DNA of 63,538 bases, the filler included, from Folioceros fuciformis (taxonomy: Eukaryota): assembly GCA_049999805.1 (NCBI GenBank). It is 9 parts of 9 records of this genome, joined end to end, with 100 filler letters (N's around TTAATTAATTAA, not from the genome) between each part and the next. Parts side by side here need not be neighbours in the genome. Positions count along the whole stretch, not along the records: positions 60,084 to 63,538 come from JBNGIO010001122.1; 8 more parts are not named here. One strand, written 5' to 3'. Made by a program: the position numbers and the translations under genes. Under the pieces are notes generated by a model. That model had not been told where the DNA came from. It did not search any database and saw only the letters and a list, made by a program, of their open reading frames with translations. Shown one piece after another: positions 60,350 through 63,538 of the stretch; position 1 is the stretch's first letter; the number at the start of each line of letters is the position of its first letter.

Positions 60350-62580
60350 CTGGAACTACACGAACCCGAGCCTGGTGTGAGAGTGTGCACAATAGCTGTG
60401 GGGTAAGGCGTCGATGGGAGGTATCAGAGGCAGACCGCAAGACTGGGACCTGGACTTGGTCAGAGTAGTGTATGAGCACAGTCCAAAGGAAGCTGGAGGA
60501 CTCGTAATCGAATCCATGCGAAAGCGAAGCACAGTGGCAGCAGCAACAACACTGTTCAAGGCAGGCATATGGCGGGAGGCCAACAGCTGGCTGGCATGCG
60601 AGATGGCGTCTGCTCAGCTCATGGGCCTAGCCAAATGGCTCCTCTGCTTCCTACAGCATAAGAAGCAGGATTACTTATCTAACCACATGTTGTTGTTCCT
60701 GCACGAGGTGGTCAAGGGGAGCAGGATCGACTAGGGGAAGATCATTTTTGATAGGCTGAGTGAGGAGAGGTAGAATCTGACCTCTCCCACCCCCGGCCAT
60801 CCTTAATTTCTCCTTTCCTTGTTCATCTGTATTCACATGTTAACTGCTTGCCAAAGTTGGACATCGTGGCTTTCTTACATATATGGAAGCCTGTTAGGGA
60901 GATCAAGTGGAAGCGAGATGAGCCCAAGGAAGAGGTAGAGTTCAGCAGCTAGGAATCCGGAGCGACATCTAGCTCTGAAGAAGAGGTCCCCGTCAGTAGG
61001 AAACAAAAGGTGGGAGGAAGCAGGAAAACTCGTGCGAAGAGGAAGAAGGCGGGTGTGCGCGTCACCAAGTCTAAAGAAAACCTAGCAGTGCAGGAGGCGG
61101 CCAGAAAAATAGAGACCAAGCAACAGGCCACCCCATTCGCGGAACCCAATGAAGAGGTACCAACTGCGGCGGAGAGGTCCACTAATGTGGCTGCAGGCGT
61201 TTCGGAGAAATTAGGGCTGACCCCGACAATGGAACTCTTCCCTGGATGGGAAGAAGTCTCTAAGGGCACCCCTCTGGCGGCGAATTTGCAGACGGAAGAG
61301 CTAGCTAGAGTGCGCACCTTGCTAGGGAAGGGGATATTGGACAGAGGAATGACTACCGGCGGAACCCCTCAGCAGGTGGATTCACTAGGGTTGACAACAG
61401 CCATGGTCCAAGCATAGGCAGACATGCTGGATAAGGCCGCACTAGCGTTCACTTGGCTGAGCATGTAGGGATAGCGAGATGAGGAGGCGAAGACCAAGCT
61501 GGCTGAAGCAAAGGCAAGGCGGAAACAGCTGGAGGAAGCCCAACAGGCCCTTGACAAAGTGAGAGCTCAAGTATAGGAAGAATTACATTGGGCATGGGAA
61601 GAAGTGCAGGCCATGAAGAACCAGCAGGAACTGTTCCTGACTCAAGTCAAGGAAGTGCATGAAGCAAATCAGGAATTGCTGCGGGCATAGAAGCATGAGG
61701 TAGCCGCTGTGGAGAAGGTCCAGAAGCTATTGGACCGTTACAAACGGGAACGGGATGAGGCCTAGAGTCGGGTCAAGGGGAAAGGGAAAGTCAAACCGAG
61801 CAGCAGGTCCACGACCAAGGTAGCGGAAGCTGCTACTGGTAGGGGAGAAACAACGCCCGTAGAGAGAAGCCCTACGGTGCTCGGGGAAGCAGCGACAATT
61901 GTGGAACCAGCAACCGGGGTTGCTAAAACCCGTACCAGCGCTAGGAGGATTGGACTGGAGACAGCTGCAGGCAGAGCGACAGGAGGCACTCCAGCATCCT
62001 TGGTGGACATAGAGCAGGCAGTCAGGGGTGGCCCACTGGAGGAGGGGGTAAGCACCTCATATGCAGCAGGAGGCCATATTGTATTAAAGCACATGGATGA
62101 GGAGTCTTATATTCCTGGTTATGACACATGGACAGTAAGGTTAAGTACATGATCTCCATTTACATAATTCTATAAGTCTCATGTACTTAACCTTACTGTC
62201 CATGTGGGAATAGGAGGGACCAAGGCCTACCGTTTGCAAGTGAGGACCCGCAATGGATGCTTCTCCTATTGTGTCCCGGTGTGGGGGTTAACCCCCTACT
62301 ATTCAGAGGCAGTCTTAAAGGAGCTCACAGAGGAAGAGACATAGGCCTGGGTGGAGAAGGAACCTATGATGGTCCTTAGCAACAGGCGACCAGTGGGGGA
62401 AGAAAGGACTCCAAGGCAGACCCCACCTATGCCTAACTAGGAGAAGTTAGTCAGTAGTGGGAGCGAGGTGGAGATTTTATAGGAAGACCTACCTGACCAA
62501 CAGCGAGGAAGGAGAGCTTAGGGGTTTGGCGGCAGAGGAAGGAGGGGCCGAAGGACGGATAGGAGGAGAACGCGGCGTTG
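60350..62580 (+). mobile_element. Heavily decayed retrotransposon-associated ORF region (coiled-coil, low complexity)
   Basis: Long purine-rich near-frame broken by repeated TAG stops, with no introns. The motif ...FLHEVVKGSRID*GKIIFDRL resembles accessory ORFs of plant LTR elements. Family not identified. Confidence 0.4.
62125..62206. repeat. Perfect 28-bp inverted repeat with 26-nt loop
   Basis: CACATGGACAGTAAGGTTAAGTACATGA (62125-62152) and its exact reverse complement (62179-62206). Confidence 0.95.
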
Positions 62581-63538
62581 AAGTAGGCCAGAAGTTATTG
62601 CATCTTAAAAATAGAATTTAGATGAGATTTGATAAAGATGCTATTGTGGAACTAATGTCGCCCGCAATTAAGGGCACCTTGCAAGTTGACCGTTCTTAGA
62701 CCAGACTTTATGGCAGGCTGTGGCTCCCGCTCTAAAAACTTTGTACAAAGAGGCCTTTTGGTGCCTCTCTAATCAGACAATGTTGGAGACCACTCCCTGG
62801 TTGAGATCCTCACGTTGCCAAGGTGGGTGCAAGAAGCTCCTAGGAGCAGTCGAGAGCATTGCTCCGCAGCTAGTGGTGAGGGGGACGAATCCGCAAGTTC
62901 TGCTAGCATGGGAGGTTTCCCCTCCCTTATTCCCTGAGCTACCCATCGTGTTTCGAAATTCTGAGTGTGGAAGCGTGTGTGTGAAGACGAAGGTTGAAGG
63001 AGTGAGTGAAGAAAGTGTGTGTGGTTGAATGAGTTGAGTGAGTTGAGAAGAGAAGACGAGAAGGAGAGGAGTGTGGCCAAGCACTAGACGCGATGCGAGG
63101 TGTGAGGCGGGTGATTGAGATTGAGAAGGAGCACTAACTGAACTAACTGAAAAATTGTACGAGATTGCTGAGAGATCGGAGACGTTTGCTAAAAGATTGT
63201 TAGAGATTGGGGTGGATTTCTGGAAGATTTTTGAGAGATTTCTAGACGTTTGTGGGAGATTGTTGAATATTGTTGGAGAATGGTGGAGATTGCTGCAAGA
63301 TTCCTATAGACTAAAGAGGATTGCTGAGGGCTACTGCAGGTTTGTGGACATTGCTGGAGGACTGGAGACATTTGGAATCAGGCCCGTGAGAAACAAGTGT
63401 GAACCAGAGCTCTTGTGTGTTTTGCATGTGTGGAGAGTCTTGTATGTGTGTGTGAGGGAGTGTGGCTGATCCGCGGGGTCTTGTTTTCCAAGGATTGGCA
63501 TTTGCATATGTGGAGGGCATGCAATAAAACTAGATCTG

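Overview
Eukaryotic nuclear DNA from a compact, GC-rich, seed-free land plant genome. A hornwort such as Anthoceros is my inference, from ~100-bp introns, high gene density, a flagellar CFAP36 gene and a GRP-ending DYW:KP PPR gene. The window is nine contigs joined by artificial 100-nt N44-TTAATTAATTAA-N44 spacers, so adjacency across gaps is unproven. Genes: TFIP11/STIPL (5'-truncated), an NPH3/RPT2-like BTB protein, an alkaline/neutral invertase, a UBAP1-like UMA/UBA protein divergent from a conserved putative plastid membrane protein, a 1281-aa PLS-PPR protein, CFAP36, PP2-A10-like, a VASt-domain protein, an MNM1-like fragment and a CYP71/PPWD1 fragment. Transposon debris includes copia, gypsy, LINE and a CACTA-like element. 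The most interesting item is the PPR gene. It has the KP/HAE/GRP-type DYW domain associated with reverse U-to-C RNA editing, plus an N-terminal OSB-type 'PDF' single-stranded nucleic-acid-binding motif. The same motif recurs in a PPR-less ORF and in a decayed paralog, suggesting a PDF-PPR-DYW:KP family. Also notable are a 5S rRNA-derived Pol III-like unit beside a nested LTR and a perfect 28-bp hairpin. All homology calls are from motif recall, not database searches.
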